From positions 4,823-68,822 of the forward strand of contig DASTPE010000082.1 in assembly GCA_035762345.1 (NCBI GenBank): a DNA stretch of 64,000 nt, given 5' to 3'. Positions 10,656-22,581 of the stretch are shown here, piece after piece. The notes under the pieces were generated by a model. The model was not told the DNA's origin. It searched no databases and worked only from the letters and a program-made list of their open reading frames with translations. This stretch comes from Burkholderiales bacterium (GTDB lineage Bacteria > Pseudomonadota > Gammaproteobacteria > Burkholderiales > SG8-39). The translations under genes were made by a program, and so were the position numbers. Numbering within the stretch: position 1 is the first letter of the stretch; every line of letters starts with the position of its first letter.

Positions 10656-12290
10656 TCAACTCACCTTGGCGGGAGCGCTCTGTTTCTTAGCGCTTTCAAC
10701 CCTTGCCGATCCTGCTTCGGCCTTGGCCGGGGTTGCCGCGACCAGTTCCGGCGCATTCTTCTTCCAGTCCTTGATCGCCTCGTGCAACGCCTTCTCCTCG
10801 TCGGCCGACAGGTCCTTCTTGTCTTCCATTGTCTTCACCAACGCCGTGTACTTGCCCTTAATGTGGTCACGCATGGACTTTTCGGCCGTCAGCGCTTTCT
10901 TGACCTCGATATCGTCGAAGTAGCCGTTATTCACCGCGAAGAGCGTGAGCGCCATTTCCCACACCTGCAGCGGCTGGTATTGCGGCTGCTTCATCAGCTC
11001 GGTGACCAGCCGCCCGCGCTCAAGCTGCTTGCGGGTCGCCTCGTCCAGATCGCTCGCGAACTGCGCGAACGCCGCGAGCTCGCGGTACTGGGCAAGCGCC
11101 AAGCGCACGCCGCCGCCGGTGTCGCGGCGCTTCATGATCTTGGTTTGCGCCGCGCCGCCGACGCGCGACACCGAGATGCCGGCGTTGATAGCGGGGCGGA
11201 CGCCCGCATTGAAGAGATCCGTCTCCAAGAAGATCTGTCCATCCGTGATGGAGATGACGTTCGTCGGCACGAACGCCGTCACGTCGCCCGCCTGGGTCTC
11301 GATCACGGGTAGTGCGGTGAGCGAGCCCGTCTTGCCCTTGACGGCGCCCTTGGTGAACTTCTCGACGTACTCGGCGTTGACGCGCGCTGCGCGCTCGAGC
11401 AGCCGCGAGTGCAGATAGAACACGTCCCCGGGGTACGCCTCGCGTCCTGGCGGGCGGCGCAGCAGCAACGAAACCTGGCGATACGCCCACGCCTGCTTAG
11501 TGAGGTCATCGTAGATGATGAGCGCGTCCTGGCCGCGGTCGCGGAAGTACTCGCCCATGGTGCAGCCCGAGTACGGCGCGATGTATTGCATCGCGGCCGA
11601 CTCCGAGGCGGAAGCCGCCACCACGATCGTGTAGGCCATGGCGCCGTGCTCTTCCAGCTTGCGCACCACGGTCGCGATGGTGGACGCCTTCTGCCCGATG
11701 GCGACGTAGACGCAGAAGAGGTCCTTGCCCTTCTGGTTGATCATCGTATCAACCGCAACAGCCGTCTTGCCGGTCTGACGGTCGCCAATGATGAGCTCGC
11801 GCTGCCCGCGGCCGATGGGCACCATGGAGTCGATCGCCTTCAGTCCGGTCTGCACCGGCTGCGACACCGACTGGCGCGCGATCACGCCTGGCGCCACCTT
11901 CTCGATCACATCGGTCATCTTGGCGTTGATCGGCCCCTTGCCATCGATCGGCTGGCCGAGCGAATTCACCACCCGCCCGAGGAGCTCCGGACCGACGGGC
12001 ACCGAAAGTATCTTGCCCGTCGTCTTCACGATGTCGCCCTCGGTGATATGGGTGTACTCGCCGAGGATCACGGCGCCGACCGAGTCGCGCTCCAAGTTGA
12101 GCGCGAGGCCGAAGGTATTCTTCGGAAATTCCAGCATCTCGCCTTGCATCACGTCCGACAAGCCATGGATGCGGCAGATGCCGTCGGTGACCGACACCAC
12201 GGTCCCCTGCGTGCGCATGCGCGCGCCGGCGTCCAGGTTCTGGATGCGGCTCTTGATCAGTTCGGAAATTTCGGAGGGATTGAGTTGCAT
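10656..12290 (-). CDS. atpA: F1 ATP synthase subunit alpha (with about 32-aa C-terminal tail)
   Basis: 544 aa. Walker A GDRQTGKT. Conserved throughout, with an extra C-terminal tail [32 protein letters not shown]. Confidence 0.95.
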   Translation of the reverse strand: MQLNPSEISELIKSRIQNLDAGARMRTQGTVVSVTDGICRIHGLSDVMQGEMLEFPKNTFGLALNLERDSVGAVILGEYTHITEGDIVKTTGKILSVPVGPELLGRVVNSLGQPIDGKGPINAKMTDVIEKVAPGVIARQSVSQPVQTGLKAIDSMVPIGRGQRELIIGDRQTGKTAVAVDTMINQKGKDLFCVYVAIGQKASTIATVVRKLEEHGAMAYTIVVAASASESAAMQYIAPYSGCTMGEYFRDRGQDALIIYDDLTKQAWAYRQVSLLLRRPPGREAYPGDVFYLHSRLLERAARVNAEYVEKFTKGAVKGKTGSLTALPVIETQAGDVTAFVPTNVISITDGQIFLETDLFNAGVRPAINAGISVSRVGGAAQTKIMKRRDTGGGVRLALAQYRELAAFAQFASDLDEATRKQLERGRLVTELMKQPQYQPLQVWEMALTLFAVNNGYFDDIEVKKALTAEKSMRDHIKGKYTALVKTMEDKKDLSADEEKALHEAIKDWKKNAPELVAATPAKAEAGSARVESAKKQSAPAKVS

Positions 12291-12300
12291 CGAAAAGCTC

Positions 12301-12837
12301 CTAAGCTTTCAGCGCCGTCTCGAGCGCGCCGAGCTGCGCGCGCGCCGAGCCGTCGATCACCTTGTCGCCGAGGACGAGCCGCACGCCGGCGATGAGGTCC
12401 TTGTCGATCTGCACTTTCGTCCTTACCTTGCGCCCGGTCTTCTTCTCGAGGCGCTGCGTCAGCTCAGCGAGCTGGGCGTCGGAGAGTTCGAACGCCGCAT
12501 GCACCTCGGCCTCCAGCACGCCCTCGTGCTCATTCTTCAGCACTTCGAACTGGGCGCGGATTTCGGGCAACAGAGCTAGCCTGCCGTTTTCCGCGAGTAC
12601 GCGCACGAAATTCTCAGCATCGCCGCTGAGCCGGCCGGAAAGGATGGAAATGAACAGTCCCGCGGCCTGCGCATCGGTCAGGTTGGGGTCGGCGGCAGCG
12701 GCGCGCACCCGCCCGTCGGCTGCCACGAGGCCGAGCGCGGCCAGCATCTCGGACCACTTGGCGAGCGCGCCCGACTCGACGGCCAGATTGAACGCCGCTT
12801 CGGCGTAAGGGCGAGCTACGGTGCTCGGCTCGGCCAT
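12301..12837 (-). CDS. atpH: F1 ATP synthase subunit delta
   Basis: 178 aa. The start [12 protein letters not shown] is typical of the OSCP/delta family. Position is between atpF and atpA. Confidence 0.9.
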   Translation of the reverse strand: MAEPSTVARPYAEAAFNLAVESGALAKWSEMLAALGLVAADGRVRAAAADPNLTDAQAAGLFISILSGRLSGDAENFVRVLAENGRLALLPEIRAQFEVLKNEHEGVLEAEVHAAFELSDAQLAELTQRLEKKTGRKVRTKVQIDKDLIAGVRLVLGDKVIDGSARAQLGALETALKA

Positions 12838-13307
12838 TACAACTGCCGCTTCAGCGACTCGAGCAGCTCGCCGTGCGCCTTGGCGTCGACCTCGCGTCGA
12901 AGGATCTTCTCGGCGCCGGCCACGGCGAGCGAGGCCACGTGGTCACGCAGCTGCTCGCGCGCGCGCGTCATCTCCTGCTCGATCTCGGCCTTAGCCGCGG
13001 CCTTTTCACGGTTGCCTTCCTCCTTGGCGGCGTTCTTCGCCACCTCGATGAGCTGCGCCGCGCGCTTCTCTGCGTGCGACAAGAGCTCGGCGGCGCGCTC
13101 GCGTGCATTGCGAATCTCCTCGTCGGAGCGCTGGCTGGCAAGCTCGAGGGAGCGTTTTCCCTGCTCGGCCGCCGCCAGCCCGTCTGCGACGGTCTTCTGC
13201 CGTGTCTCGATTGCGCGCAGCATGTACGGCCAGATTACCTTCACCGTAAACCAGATGAACAGGGCGAACGTGACCGCCTGCACAATCAAAGTCAGATTGA
13301 TGTTCAT
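12837..13307 (-). CDS. atpF: Fo ATP synthase subunit b
   Basis: 156 aa. Single N-terminal TM helix [16 protein letters not shown] followed by a long charged helix. SD AGGAAGG upstream. Confidence 0.9.
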   Translation of the reverse strand: MNINLTLIVQAVTFALFIWFTVKVIWPYMLRAIETRQKTVADGLAAAEQGKRSLELASQRSDEEIRNARERAAELLSHAEKRAAQLIEVAKNAAKEEGNREKAAAKAEIEQEMTRAREQLRDHVASLAVAGAEKILRREVDAKAHGELLESLKRQL

Positions 13308-13340
13308 GTTCCGCCTTCCTGCCGAACGAAGCCGCGCTCT

Positions 13341-14488
<1,148 letters not shown>

Positions 14489-14497
14489 CTCAGTGCG

Positions 14498-14926
14498 TCA
14501 ATACTCGCGAACGAAGAACGCCATCGCGAAAATGAGCATGGTGACGACGAACGAGCCAATGATCACGACCACAATGGCGTCGGCGTAGTTCGCAAGCACC
14601 AGCCACAGCAGAAGAACGGCCAGGCCGATTTTCACGGCTTCGGCGCGCAGCGCCCCGGCCAGAATTCCCCCTGCCGAATTCCCGCTACCCCTTGCAGCGA
14701 CCCATGCGGCCGCCAAGCCGGCGGTGATGCTGACGAGGCCCCCGGCGGCCGCAGAAACCGCGCCGTGGATGCCGATGAACGCGGCTCCAGCAAGCGTCAT
14801 CAACAGCGTGGCTGCTGCCTGCCACGCGATCACGGTGCGGATCGGCTTGCTCAAGCTGCGAAGCATGGCGTTCGGTTTCTCCGCACCGAGCAAAGCCGCG
14901 AAAGTATATCCGAACTCGGCGTTCAC
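14498..14926 (-). CDS. atpI: ATP synthase protein I
   Basis: Small hydrophobic protein directly upstream of atpB. The GTG start forms a GTGA overlap with the parB stop. An alternative ATG lies at 14864-14866. Confidence 0.7.
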   Translation of the reverse strand: MNAEFGYTFAALLGAEKPNAMLRSLSKPIRTVIAWQAAATLLMTLAGAAFIGIHGAVSAAAGGLVSITAGLAAAWVAARGSGNSAGGILAGALRAEAVKIGLAVLLLWLVLANYADAIVVVIIGSFVVTMLIFAMAFFVREY

Positions 14927-15759
14927 CGGAGCTTCCTCAGAAGGGCATCGAGGTGATCCAGGCTCGAGTAGTGCACCACGAGCTTGCCGCTGCCTTTCTT
15001 GCCTGCGCGGATCTCCACGGTCGTTCCAAGCCGCCCGGAGATCTCCTCCTCGAGCCGCGCGAGGTCGCGGTCAACGCGCTTGCGCCGAAGCGCCGGCCCT
15101 CGCAGCAGCGCGTTCACCAGTGCCTCGGTCTCGCGCACCGAGAGGCCCTTTGCGGCAACGCGCTTGCCCGCCTCGATCTGGCGCGCACCATCGAGCGCAA
15201 GGAGAGCGCGCGCGTGCCCCATCTCGAGCGCGCCTTCCATCACCATCTCCTGCACCGGCCGCGCGAGCTTCAGGAGCCGCAGCAGATTGGTGGTCGCGCT
15301 GCGCGAGCGTCCGACCGCGTCGGCGGCCTGCTCGTGGGTCATCTTAAACTCGTCGACCAGGCGCTGGATGCCGGCGGCTTCCTCCATCGGATTCAGGTTC
15401 TCGCGCTGGATGTTCTCAATGAGCGACATCGCGAGCGCGGCGTCGTCGGCCACTTCCCTTACGAGTGCGGGCACTTCATCGAGTCCCGCCATCTGTGCTG
15501 CGCGCCAGCGTCGCTCGCCGGCGATCAGCTCGTAGCGGTCGCGATCCACCGGCCGCACGAGCAACGGCTGCATCAGCCCCTGCGAGCGGATCGACGCCGC
15601 AAGCTCGGCGAGCGCCTGCTGGTCCATCTTGGTCCGGGGCTGGTAGCGCCCTGGCCGAATGCGCGCGACTGGCAGCGTGAGCAGCGCGTCGCGCGGCCCG
15701 GCCTCAGTAGCGCTGCCGAGCAGTGCGTCCAGGCCGCGGCCAAGGCCTTTCGGTTTCAT
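14923..15759 (-). CDS. parB: Chromosome partitioning protein ParB
   Basis: Contains GLGRGLDALL, the ParB box LIAGERRWRAAQMAG and an HTH region. ATGA overlap with the parA stop. Confidence 0.95.
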   Translation of the reverse strand: MKPKGLGRGLDALLGSATEAGPRDALLTLPVARIRPGRYQPRTKMDQQALAELAASIRSQGLMQPLLVRPVDRDRYELIAGERRWRAAQMAGLDEVPALVREVADDAALAMSLIENIQRENLNPMEEAAGIQRLVDEFKMTHEQAADAVGRSRSATTNLLRLLKLARPVQEMVMEGALEMGHARALLALDGARQIEAGKRVAAKGLSVRETEALVNALLRGPALRRKRVDRDLARLEEEISGRLGTTVEIRAGKKGSGKLVVHYSSLDHLDALLRKLR

Positions 15760-16529
15760 GAGTAAGCCACCTCCCGTTCAAGCATCTCGCCCGCGAGCGC
15801 GATATAGGCCTGCGCGCCCTTCGAGCTCGGATCCCAGAGAACCGCCGGCACGCCATAGCTCGGAGCTTCGGCGAGGCGCACATTGCGCGGCACGAGCGTG
15901 CGGAACACTTTGTCGCCGAAGTGCGCCTCCAGCTCCCTCGATACTTGCTGGGATAGCGTGTTGCGCGGGTCGTACATCGTGCGTAGCAGCCCCGCGATGT
16001 CGAGCGTCGGATTAAGGTTGGCGCGCACGCGCTTGATCGTCCCAACGAGATCGGAAAGCCCTTCGAGCGCGTAGTATTCGCATTGCATCGGGATCAGCAC
16101 ACGGTGGGCCGCAGCAAGCGCGTTCACCGTAAGCAGACTGAGCGAGGGCGGGCAGTCGATGAGGACGTAGTCATAATCGGTGCCGACCCGCTCGAGCGCC
16201 GCCTTGAGTCGCGTCTCGCGCGAAGGCAGCTCCACCAACTCCACTTCCGCGCCGGCAAGCTCCCGGTTCGCGGGCACGAGATCGTAGCCACCGCGCTCGG
16301 CACGCACGCGAATGCCAGAGAGTTCTCCCAAGCCGAGCAGCGCGTGGTAGACAGTGCGCGCCAGCCCTCGCTTGTCCACTCCGCTGCCCATGGTGGCATT
16401 GCCTTGCGGGTCGATGTCGACAAGAAGCACGCGCCGTCCCGCCTGCGCAAGCGCGGCGGCGAGGTTGACAGTCGTCGTCGTTTTGCCGACGCCGCCCTTT
16501 TGGTTCACTACGGCGACGACGCGGGGCAT
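15756..16529 (-). CDS. parA: Chromosome partitioning ATPase ParA/Soj
   Basis: The track ORF 15756..17024 was trimmed to the ATG at 16527-16529. Deviant Walker [14 protein letters not shown]. 257 aa. Confidence 0.95.
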   Translation of the reverse strand: MPRVVAVVNQKGGVGKTTTTVNLAAALAQAGRRVLLVDIDPQGNATMGSGVDKRGLARTVYHALLGLGELSGIRVRAERGGYDLVPANRELAGAEVELVELPSRETRLKAALERVGTDYDYVLIDCPPSLSLLTVNALAAAHRVLIPMQCEYYALEGLSDLVGTIKRVRANLNPTLDIAGLLRTMYDPRNTLSQQVSRELEAHFGDKVFRTLVPRNVRLAEAPSYGVPAVLWDPSSKGAQAYIALAGEMLEREVAYS

Positions 16530-17128
16530 AGGACCAGATGACGCTGCGCCTCGAGCAGGGGTACGCGCAGCTCGATCAGCGAGCAATCCGCCCGCCGGTC
16601 CGGCGGGGCAGCTCCTTTCATCGCAGCGAGCATTCCACTGGGAGAAACCAAGTGTCGGCAGGCTGCGATGAAGTCGCCGAGCGCGGCGAACGCTCTCGAG
16701 ATCACCAGGTCGAAAAGCGGCTGCGGGTGCCAGGCTTCGACCCGGCCCTCGTGCACGTCCACGTTGTCGAGTTCCAGCTCGATTGCCGCTTGGCGCAGAA
16801 ACGCCGCCTTCTTCTGGCTCGACTCGGCGAGGGCCACGCGCCAGCCCGGGCGCGCGATGGCCAGCGGAATTCCCGGCAGCCCCGCTCCCGAGCCGGCGTC
16901 CGCGAGCCGTGCTTCTGCGGCCGCGAGCGGCAGATGCGGGAGCACTGACAGGGAATCGAGCAAGTGATGCGGCACCATGGCGACCGGATCGCGTATCGCC
17001 GTCAGGCTGTAAGTGCGATTCCACTTCGCAAGCAGCGCAACATAATCAAGCAACCGCTCGCGCGCTCCCCGGGGTAGCTCGAGCGCCATTTCCCCAAGGC
17101 CGCGGTCGAGCGCGGCGTGCGGCGTCAT
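16508..17128 (-). CDS. rsmG: 16S rRNA m7G527 methyltransferase
   Basis: 206 aa. Contains [17 protein letters not shown] and the SAM motif [18 protein letters not shown] overlap with the mnmG stop. Confidence 0.9.
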   Translation of the reverse strand: MTPHAALDRGLGEMALELPRGARERLLDYVALLAKWNRTYSLTAIRDPVAMVPHHLLDSLSVLPHLPLAAAEARLADAGSGAGLPGIPLAIARPGWRVALAESSQKKAAFLRQAAIELELDNVDVHEGRVEAWHPQPLFDLVISRAFAALGDFIAACRHLVSPSGMLAAMKGAAPPDRRADCSLIELRVPLLEAQRHLVLCPASSP

Positions 17129-18963
17129 GCCCTCTTCTTGTCTAGCCCCCGAAAGCCCCGTTTCAAGTGCACTAGCAACAACGAAATTGCCGCCGGCGTC
17201 ACGCCGGAAATGCGTGCCGCTTGGCCCACGGTTTCGGGGCGATGGCGGTTCAGCTTTTGCTGCACTTCCGTGGATAGTCCCCGAACTTCCCGATAATCCA
17301 TATCGAGCGGCAGCGCACGGGACTCCAAGTCCGCACGCCGGGCCACTTCCTCGCGCTGGCGCAGGATGTAGCCCTCGTACTTGGCTTGGATCTCAACTTG
17401 CTCTGCCACTGTTGGGTCATCAACGGGGTCGGTTACAACGTCGTGATACCGCACCTCTGGACGTTTTAGAGCTTCATAAATTAGCCGATTTTCAAGATGG
17501 CTAGCGCTTACATACAAGCGTTTCAATCGAGCGGTCTCGTTGGCCACGGCGTCTCGCTTCCGATTGAAAGCATCCCAGCGCGCATCCGATACGAGGCCGA
17601 GTCGGTAGCCGATCTCCGTCAGCCGAAGATCGGCGTTGTCTTCACGCAGCATGAGCCGATACTCGGCGCGACTAGTGAACATGCGGTAGGGCTCGGAGAC
17701 CCCCCGTGTAACTAGGTCGTCCACCAGGACTCCTAGGTAAGCCTCGTCGCGCTTCGGGCACCAAGGGTCCCGCTCCAAAGAATGCAGCCCGGCATTCAAT
17801 CCCGCTAGCAATCCCTGGGCTGCGGCCTCTTCATAGCCGGTGGTTCCGTTGATCTGTCCGGCGAAATAGAGTCCGGCAACCGCCTTGGTTTCTAGCGAGC
17901 TCTTTAGGTTTCGTGGATCGAAGTAGTCGTATTCGATGGCGTAGCCCGGGCGGGTAATGTGCGCACGCTCCAGCCCTCGGATCGAACGGACGAGTTCCAC
18001 CTGGATGTCAAACGGAAGGCTGGTCGAGATCCCGTTCGGGTAGATCTCGTTCGTGGTCAAGCCCTCCGGCTCGAGGAAAATCTGGTGGCTCGGCTTGCCC
18101 GCGAAACGATGGACCTTGTCCTCAATCGACGGGCAGTAGCGCGGGCCGACGCCTTGGATCACGCCGGTAAACATCGGCGAGCGATCCAAGCCGGCACGGA
18201 TGATCTCGTGGGTTCGCGTATTCGTGTGCGTGATCCAGCACGGCAGCTGTCGAGGATGCATCTCGCGCCGACCGATAAACGAGAACACAGGCTCGGGAAC
18301 GTCTCCCGGCTGCTCTTCCAGCCCATCGAAGTCAATCGTCCGGGCGTCAAGCCGGGGTGGCGTTCCGGTCTTCAGCCGACCCACTGGAAGCTTCATCTCC
18401 CGCAGCTTGGCCGCCAGTGCAATCGCTGCCGGGTCGCCGGCCCGGCCAGCCTGGTAGTTCCGCAGGCCAACGTGGATCAGCCCGGAAAGGAAAGTGCCAG
18501 TGGTGAGCACAACCGCTCGGGCGCGAAACTTGAGCCCCAACTGGGTGACAACCCCTGCGGCTTCATCGCCCTCAAGCACGATGTCGTCCACGGGCTGCTG
18601 GAAAAGCCAAAGGTTGGGTTGCGTTTCGAGTCGGCGGCGAATGGCCTGCCGATAAAGCACGCGGTCGGCTTGGGCCCTCGTGGCGCGAACTGCGGGGCCT
18701 TTCGACGCGTTCAGCGTACGAAACTGGATGCCAGCCTCGTCTGTGGCGAACGCCATCGCGCCATCGAGAGCATCGATTTCCCTCACAAGGTGCCCTTTGC
18801 CGATACCACCGATCGAGGGGTTGCACGACATCTGGCCCAACGTTTCGATGCTGTGCGTGAGGAGGAGGGTGCGGCACCCCAGGCGGGAAGCAGCCAGCGC
18901 GGCCTCGGTGCCGGCGTGCCCGCCGCCGACGACGATCACATCAAACGTCTGGGGGAACAGCAT
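17125..18963 (-). CDS. mnmG: tRNA uridine-5-carboxymethylaminomethyl modification enzyme
   Basis: Trimmed to the ATG at 18961-18963 ([22 protein letters not shown]). GidA family conserved throughout. Confidence 0.95.
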   Translation of the reverse strand: MLFPQTFDVIVVGGGHAGTEAALAASRLGCRTLLLTHSIETLGQMSCNPSIGGIGKGHLVREIDALDGAMAFATDEAGIQFRTLNASKGPAVRATRAQADRVLYRQAIRRRLETQPNLWLFQQPVDDIVLEGDEAAGVVTQLGLKFRARAVVLTTGTFLSGLIHVGLRNYQAGRAGDPAAIALAAKLREMKLPVGRLKTGTPPRLDARTIDFDGLEEQPGDVPEPVFSFIGRREMHPRQLPCWITHTNTRTHEIIRAGLDRSPMFTGVIQGVGPRYCPSIEDKVHRFAGKPSHQIFLEPEGLTTNEIYPNGISTSLPFDIQVELVRSIRGLERAHITRPGYAIEYDYFDPRNLKSSLETKAVAGLYFAGQINGTTGYEEAAAQGLLAGLNAGLHSLERDPWCPKRDEAYLGVLVDDLVTRGVSEPYRMFTSRAEYRLMLREDNADLRLTEIGYRLGLVSDARWDAFNRKRDAVANETARLKRLYVSASHLENRLIYEALKRPEVRYHDVVTDPVDDPTVAEQVEIQAKYEGYILRQREEVARRADLESRALPLDMDYREVRGLSTEVQQKLNRHRPETVGQAARISGVTPAAISLLLVHLKRGFRGLDKKRA

Positions 18964-18985
18964 GGGGTGCGAAATTTTACGCGAT

Positions 18986-19001
18986 GGTTCCACGTGAAAC
19001 T
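18986..19001. other. parS site 1 (ParB-binding centromere-like site)
   Basis: gGTTCCACGTGAAACt matches the parS consensus TGTTCCACGTGAAACA at 14 of 16 positions, including the whole 14-nt core. About 3.2 kb from the parB start. Confidence 0.8.
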
Positions 19002-19013
19002 ACTTGCGTTCGA

Positions 19014-19029
19014 CGTTCCACGTGGAACG
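19014..19029. other. parS site 2
   Basis: cGTTCCACGTGGAACg has a core that is a perfect 14-bp palindrome, one core change from site 1. Its centre is 28 bp from the centre of site 1. Confidence 0.75.
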
Positions 19030-19117
19030 ATGGCTCTTTGCTGCATTGCAGCATAGACCTCGCTCGGGCCTGGCTGGCTTCGCGGCGCGGCCGCCGATGC
19101 GGCCGGCGCGCTTTCTG

Positions 19118-20965
19118 CTAAGCCGCCAGTTCTTCGTGCATACGGCCGCGCCGAGCTTCAAGCGCCGGGGGCAGTCGCGCGCCGAGCTTCGCGAAGAGTT
19201 CGTCGTGCGAGTGCAGCTCGTCCTTCCACGCTGCCGAATCGATACGAGTGAGCTCGGCGAAACGGGCAGCGGTCATCTTTTCGAGGCCACTCCAGTTGAG
19301 ATCCTCGTAACGCGGCATTACCCCGAGAGCGGTTTCAGCGCCCTGACCACCGCCCTGGCAGCGCTCCACGATCCACGCAAGCACGCGCATGTTCTCGCTG
19401 AAGCCGGGCCACAGAAACTTCCCACTCGCGTCGCGCCTGAACCAGTTTACGCGAAAGATTTTCGGAGGGTGCGTCACCGCCCGTCCCATCTTCAGCCAGT
19501 GGGCGAAATAGTCGCCCATGTTGTATCCGCAGAAAGCGAGCATGGCCATAGGGTCGCGGCGCACGACGCCCACCTTGCCGGTAATTGCCGCTGTCGTTTC
19601 TGACCCGAGCGTTGCCGCCATATAAACGCCCTCTTCCCAGCTCGGCGCCTCGACGACAAGCGGTACGGTGGTGGAGCGGCGGCCACCGAAGATGAAGGCC
19701 GAGATGGGCACTCCGGCCGGGTCCTCCCAGGCGGGATCCATCGAGGGGCATTGCGCTGCCGGCACGGTGAAGCGCGCGTTGGGGTGCGCCGCGAGCCGGC
19801 CCTTCTTGCCGTCCTCCGGTGTCCACGGCTTGCCCTGCCAGTCAGTGAGGCAAGCCGGCGGTTCTTCTGTCATCCCTTCCCACCAAACGTCGCCTTCGGG
19901 CGTGAGCGCAACATTGGTGAAAATCACATTGCAATGCAGCATTTTCATCGCGTTCGGATTCGTCTGGTGCGAAGTTCCGGGCGCGACGCCAAACAGCCCG
20001 TATTCCGGGTTAATGGCGCGCAAGCGCCCGTCGCCAGCGGGCTTGATCCAGGCGATGTCCTCTCCGATCGTGGTCACCTTCCAGCCAGCGAACCCGGCTG
20101 GCGGAATGAGCATCGCGAGATTGGTCTTGCCGCACGCTGAGGGGAAGGCCGCGGCAACATAGGTCTTCTCCCCCGAGGGAGCCTGAACTCCCAGGATCAG
20201 CATGTGCTCGGCGAGCCAGCCTTCGTCGCGCGCCATCACCGAAGCGATACGCAGCGCGAGACACTTCTTGCCGAGGAGCGCGTTGCCGCCGTAGCCCGAT
20301 CCGTACGACCAGATCTCGCGCGTCTCGGGGAAGTGCACTATCCACTTCTCCCGCTCGTTGGATGGCCAGGCGACGTCCTCTTGTCCGGGGCCAAGCGGCA
20401 TTCCCACCGAATGCACGCAGGGGACGAAAGCGCCTTCCTCGCCGAGCCATTCGGCGACCTCGCGTCCCATGCGCGTCATGATGCGCATGTTGACCGCTAC
20501 GTATGCCGAGTCTGAGATCTCGACGCCGACCTGTGCGATCGGCGAACCGATAGGCCCCATCGAGAAGGGCATCACGTACATCGTGCGCCCGCGCATGCAA
20601 CCGTCGAAGAGGTGCTTAAGCGTCGCGCGCATCTCGCGCGGTTCTAACCAGTTGTTCGTCGGGCCGGCGTCTTCCTTCTTTTCACTGCAGATGAACGTCC
20701 GATCCTCCATGCGCGCAACATCGCTGGGATGCGAACGCGCCAGGTAGGAGCCCGGTCGCAGCTCCGGACTCAATCGAATAAATGTGCCGCTTGCAACAAG
20801 CCCTCCGCACAGCCGGTCGTACTCCGCATCCGAGCCGTCACACCACGCGACGCGCTCCGGCTTCGCCAGGCGCGCCACCTCCGAAACCCATTGCCGCAGG
20901 GCCCGATGACGCACCCATGAAGGGGCATTCGGGGGTTGGATGGGGGTAGTGCCGGGCGCATTCAT
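19118..20965 (-). CDS. pckG: Phosphoenolpyruvate carboxykinase (GTP)
   Basis: GTP-type PEPCK conserved throughout, including FPSACGKTN. The start was set at the ATG at 20963-20965. The track start at 20989 is a TTG sitting directly next to a hairpin. Confidence 0.9.
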   Translation of the reverse strand: MNAPGTTPIQPPNAPSWVRHRALRQWVSEVARLAKPERVAWCDGSDAEYDRLCGGLVASGTFIRLSPELRPGSYLARSHPSDVARMEDRTFICSEKKEDAGPTNNWLEPREMRATLKHLFDGCMRGRTMYVMPFSMGPIGSPIAQVGVEISDSAYVAVNMRIMTRMGREVAEWLGEEGAFVPCVHSVGMPLGPGQEDVAWPSNEREKWIVHFPETREIWSYGSGYGGNALLGKKCLALRIASVMARDEGWLAEHMLILGVQAPSGEKTYVAAAFPSACGKTNLAMLIPPAGFAGWKVTTIGEDIAWIKPAGDGRLRAINPEYGLFGVAPGTSHQTNPNAMKMLHCNVIFTNVALTPEGDVWWEGMTEEPPACLTDWQGKPWTPEDGKKGRLAAHPNARFTVPAAQCPSMDPAWEDPAGVPISAFIFGGRRSTTVPLVVEAPSWEEGVYMAATLGSETTAAITGKVGVVRRDPMAMLAFCGYNMGDYFAHWLKMGRAVTHPPKIFRVNWFRRDASGKFLWPGFSENMRVLAWIVERCQGGGQGAETALGVMPRYEDLNWSGLEKMTAARFAELTRIDSAAWKDELHSHDELFAKLGARLPPALEARRGRMHEELAA

Positions 20966-20991
20966 CGCTTGCTCACTCCAGAAAGGCAAAC

Positions 20992-21011
20992 GGCCCAGCG
21001 CGGGCTGGGCC
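20992..21011 (-). promoter_or_regulatory. GC-rich hairpin in the pckG leader (terminator-like)
   Basis: On the minus strand: GGCCCAGC-CCGC-GCUGGGCC (8-bp perfect stem) followed by GUUUGCCUUUCU, then GGAG and the ATG. Confidence 0.35.
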
Positions 21012-21258
21012 GGATCGCACGCAGAGTACTGTGCTCAAGGGATTCTAGCACCGGGTCCCAGCTCGCCGTGTTGGGCCCATTCAGCCTACGTGCAGAATAA
21101 ATGCGTCTAAACAAAAGCTTAGCGCACTCTAAACGGAGACCGAAGAGCCGTGCAAAGCGAAACGGAAGCGGTAGTCCCGAGGCTCAAGCCGGCACGTAGC
21201 GAAGGCAATGGTACGCAGAGCGCGAGCGCTGGATTGGTCCAGCGGTCGCGCCCCGCCC

Positions 21259-22581
21259 TCATTTCCCGATGCAAAACCGGGCGAAGATTTCGCCGAGCAG
21301 GTCGTCGGCACTGAATTCCCCGGTGATCGAGCCGAGCGCGGCGTGCGCGAGGCGCAGCTCCTCGGCGAAAAACTCCCAGCGCCGGCTTTCCCGCGCCGCG
21401 GCGTCGAGATGGGCGCGCGCCCGCTCAAGCGCCCTGAGGTGGCGTTCGCGTGCGAGGAAAACCGGCTCGCCGCTCGAGGACCAGCCTGCCGCTTCGAGAA
21501 TTGTCCGCCGTAGCTGCTCGATCCCTTGCCCCGTCTTCGCCGAGACTGCAAGCGCACCGGCCGGGGCGACAAATCCGGGCGCGAGATCGGTCTTGTTGTA
21601 GACCTCGATGACCGGAACCCGCCTTGGCAGATTTTCGATCTCTTCCTTGCCCCGGGGCGCATCGAAGACCGCGATCACCGCGTCGGCGCGCTCCAGCTCG
21701 CGCTGCGCGCGCTCGACACCGATGCGCTCGACGAGGTCGGTGGACGAGCGCAAACCCGCGGTATCCACCAGCACCAGAGGAACGCCTTCGATCTGGATCG
21801 GCTCACGCAGCGCGTCGCGCGTCGTGCCGGCAACCGGCGTGACAATCGCGCGCTCGTCGCCCGCGAGACGATTGAGCAGGCTCGACTTGCCGACGTTTGG
21901 GCGCCCGGCGAGCACGACGTGAATGCCGCTGCGCAGCAGGCTTCCCTGACGGCTTTTGGCAATCACGTCTTCGAGCGCGGCGCGCACCGTGCCGAGCCTC
22001 CCGGCAGCATCCTCGCGATGCAAAGCGTCGACTTCCTCTTCGGGAAAGTCGAGCATCGCCTCTGTGAGCGCCCGCAACTCCGTCAGCTGGGACTGAAGCG
22101 CAGCAAGCGCCGTGGAAAACTCGCCCGCGAGCGAGCGCAAAGCCGAGCGAGCTGCTTCGCGGCTCGCGGCGTCGATGAGGTCGGCGACCGCCTCGGCTTG
22201 CGCGAGGTCCAGCTTGCCCTCAAGAAAGGCGCGGCGCGTGAACTCGCCGGGCTCGGCGAGGCGCGCGCCCGCGTCCACGCACGCCGAGAGCAAAGCGTGC
22301 ATCACCACCGGGCCGCCATGACCCTGCAACTCGAGCACCGGCTCGCCCGTATAAGAGTGCGGCTCGGGGAAATACAGCGCGATACCTTCGTCGAGCGCCT
22401 CGCCGCGCACGTCCCGAAAAATTGCATGCGTCGCATGCCGCGGTTCGGGCAGACGGCCGACGATGCTTCTGGCGATCGCCGGAGCGCGTGGGCCTGAAAG
22501 CCGCAGCACCCCGATGCCGCCGCGACCTGCCGGGGTGGCGATCGCGACGATGGTATCGCGAGTCAATTCATCGCTTGGCAT
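21259..22581 (-). CDS. mnmE: tRNA modification GTPase
   Basis: N-terminus [23 protein letters not shown]1 motif [10 protein letters not shown], and the C-terminal FCIGK signature. Confidence 0.95.
   Translation of the reverse strand: MPSDELTRDTIVAIATPAGRGGIGVLRLSGPRAPAIARSIVGRLPEPRHATHAIFRDVRGEALDEGIALYFPEPHSYTGEPVLELQGHGGPVVMHALLSACVDAGARLAEPGEFTRRAFLEGKLDLAQAEAVADLIDAASREAARSALRSLAGEFSTALAALQSQLTELRALTEAMLDFPEEEVDALHREDAAGRLGTVRAALEDVIAKSRQGSLLRSGIHVVLAGRPNVGKSSLLNRLAGDERAIVTPVAGTTRDALREPIQIEGVPLVLVDTAGLRSSTDLVERIGVERAQRELERADAVIAVFDAPRGKEEIENLPRRVPVIEVYNKTDLAPGFVAPAGALAVSAKTGQGIEQLRRTILEAAGWSSSGEPVFLARERHLRALERARAHLDAAARESRRWEFFAEELRLAHAALGSITGEFSADDLLGEIFARFCIGK

Noticed and set aside
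12931-12946. Possible third parS (GGCCACGTGGTC) inside atpF
   Set aside because: Only the central CCACGTGG matches. Both flanking arms differ from GTT/AAC, so this is most likely a chance CACGTG palindrome in coding DNA. The CCACGTGAA at about 43480 in metH was rejected for the same reason.
16530-17024. N-terminal extensions of track ORFs (parA shown here; the same applies to 2630..2875, 6661..6894, 13617..14099, 48377..48649 and 49724..50062)
   Set aside because: The extensions are Arg/Gly/Ala-rich and overlap well-supported upstream genes. They disappear when the start is placed at the internal ATG/GTG that matches the family N-terminus and forms a 4-nt overlap or follows an SD.
18964-19117. 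gidA-proximal oriC as in E. coli
   Set aside because: The spacer upstream of mnmG is only ~150 bp. It contains parS sites and a palindrome but no DnaA boxes (TTCCACG lacks the TTATC part) and no AT-rich unwinding tract.
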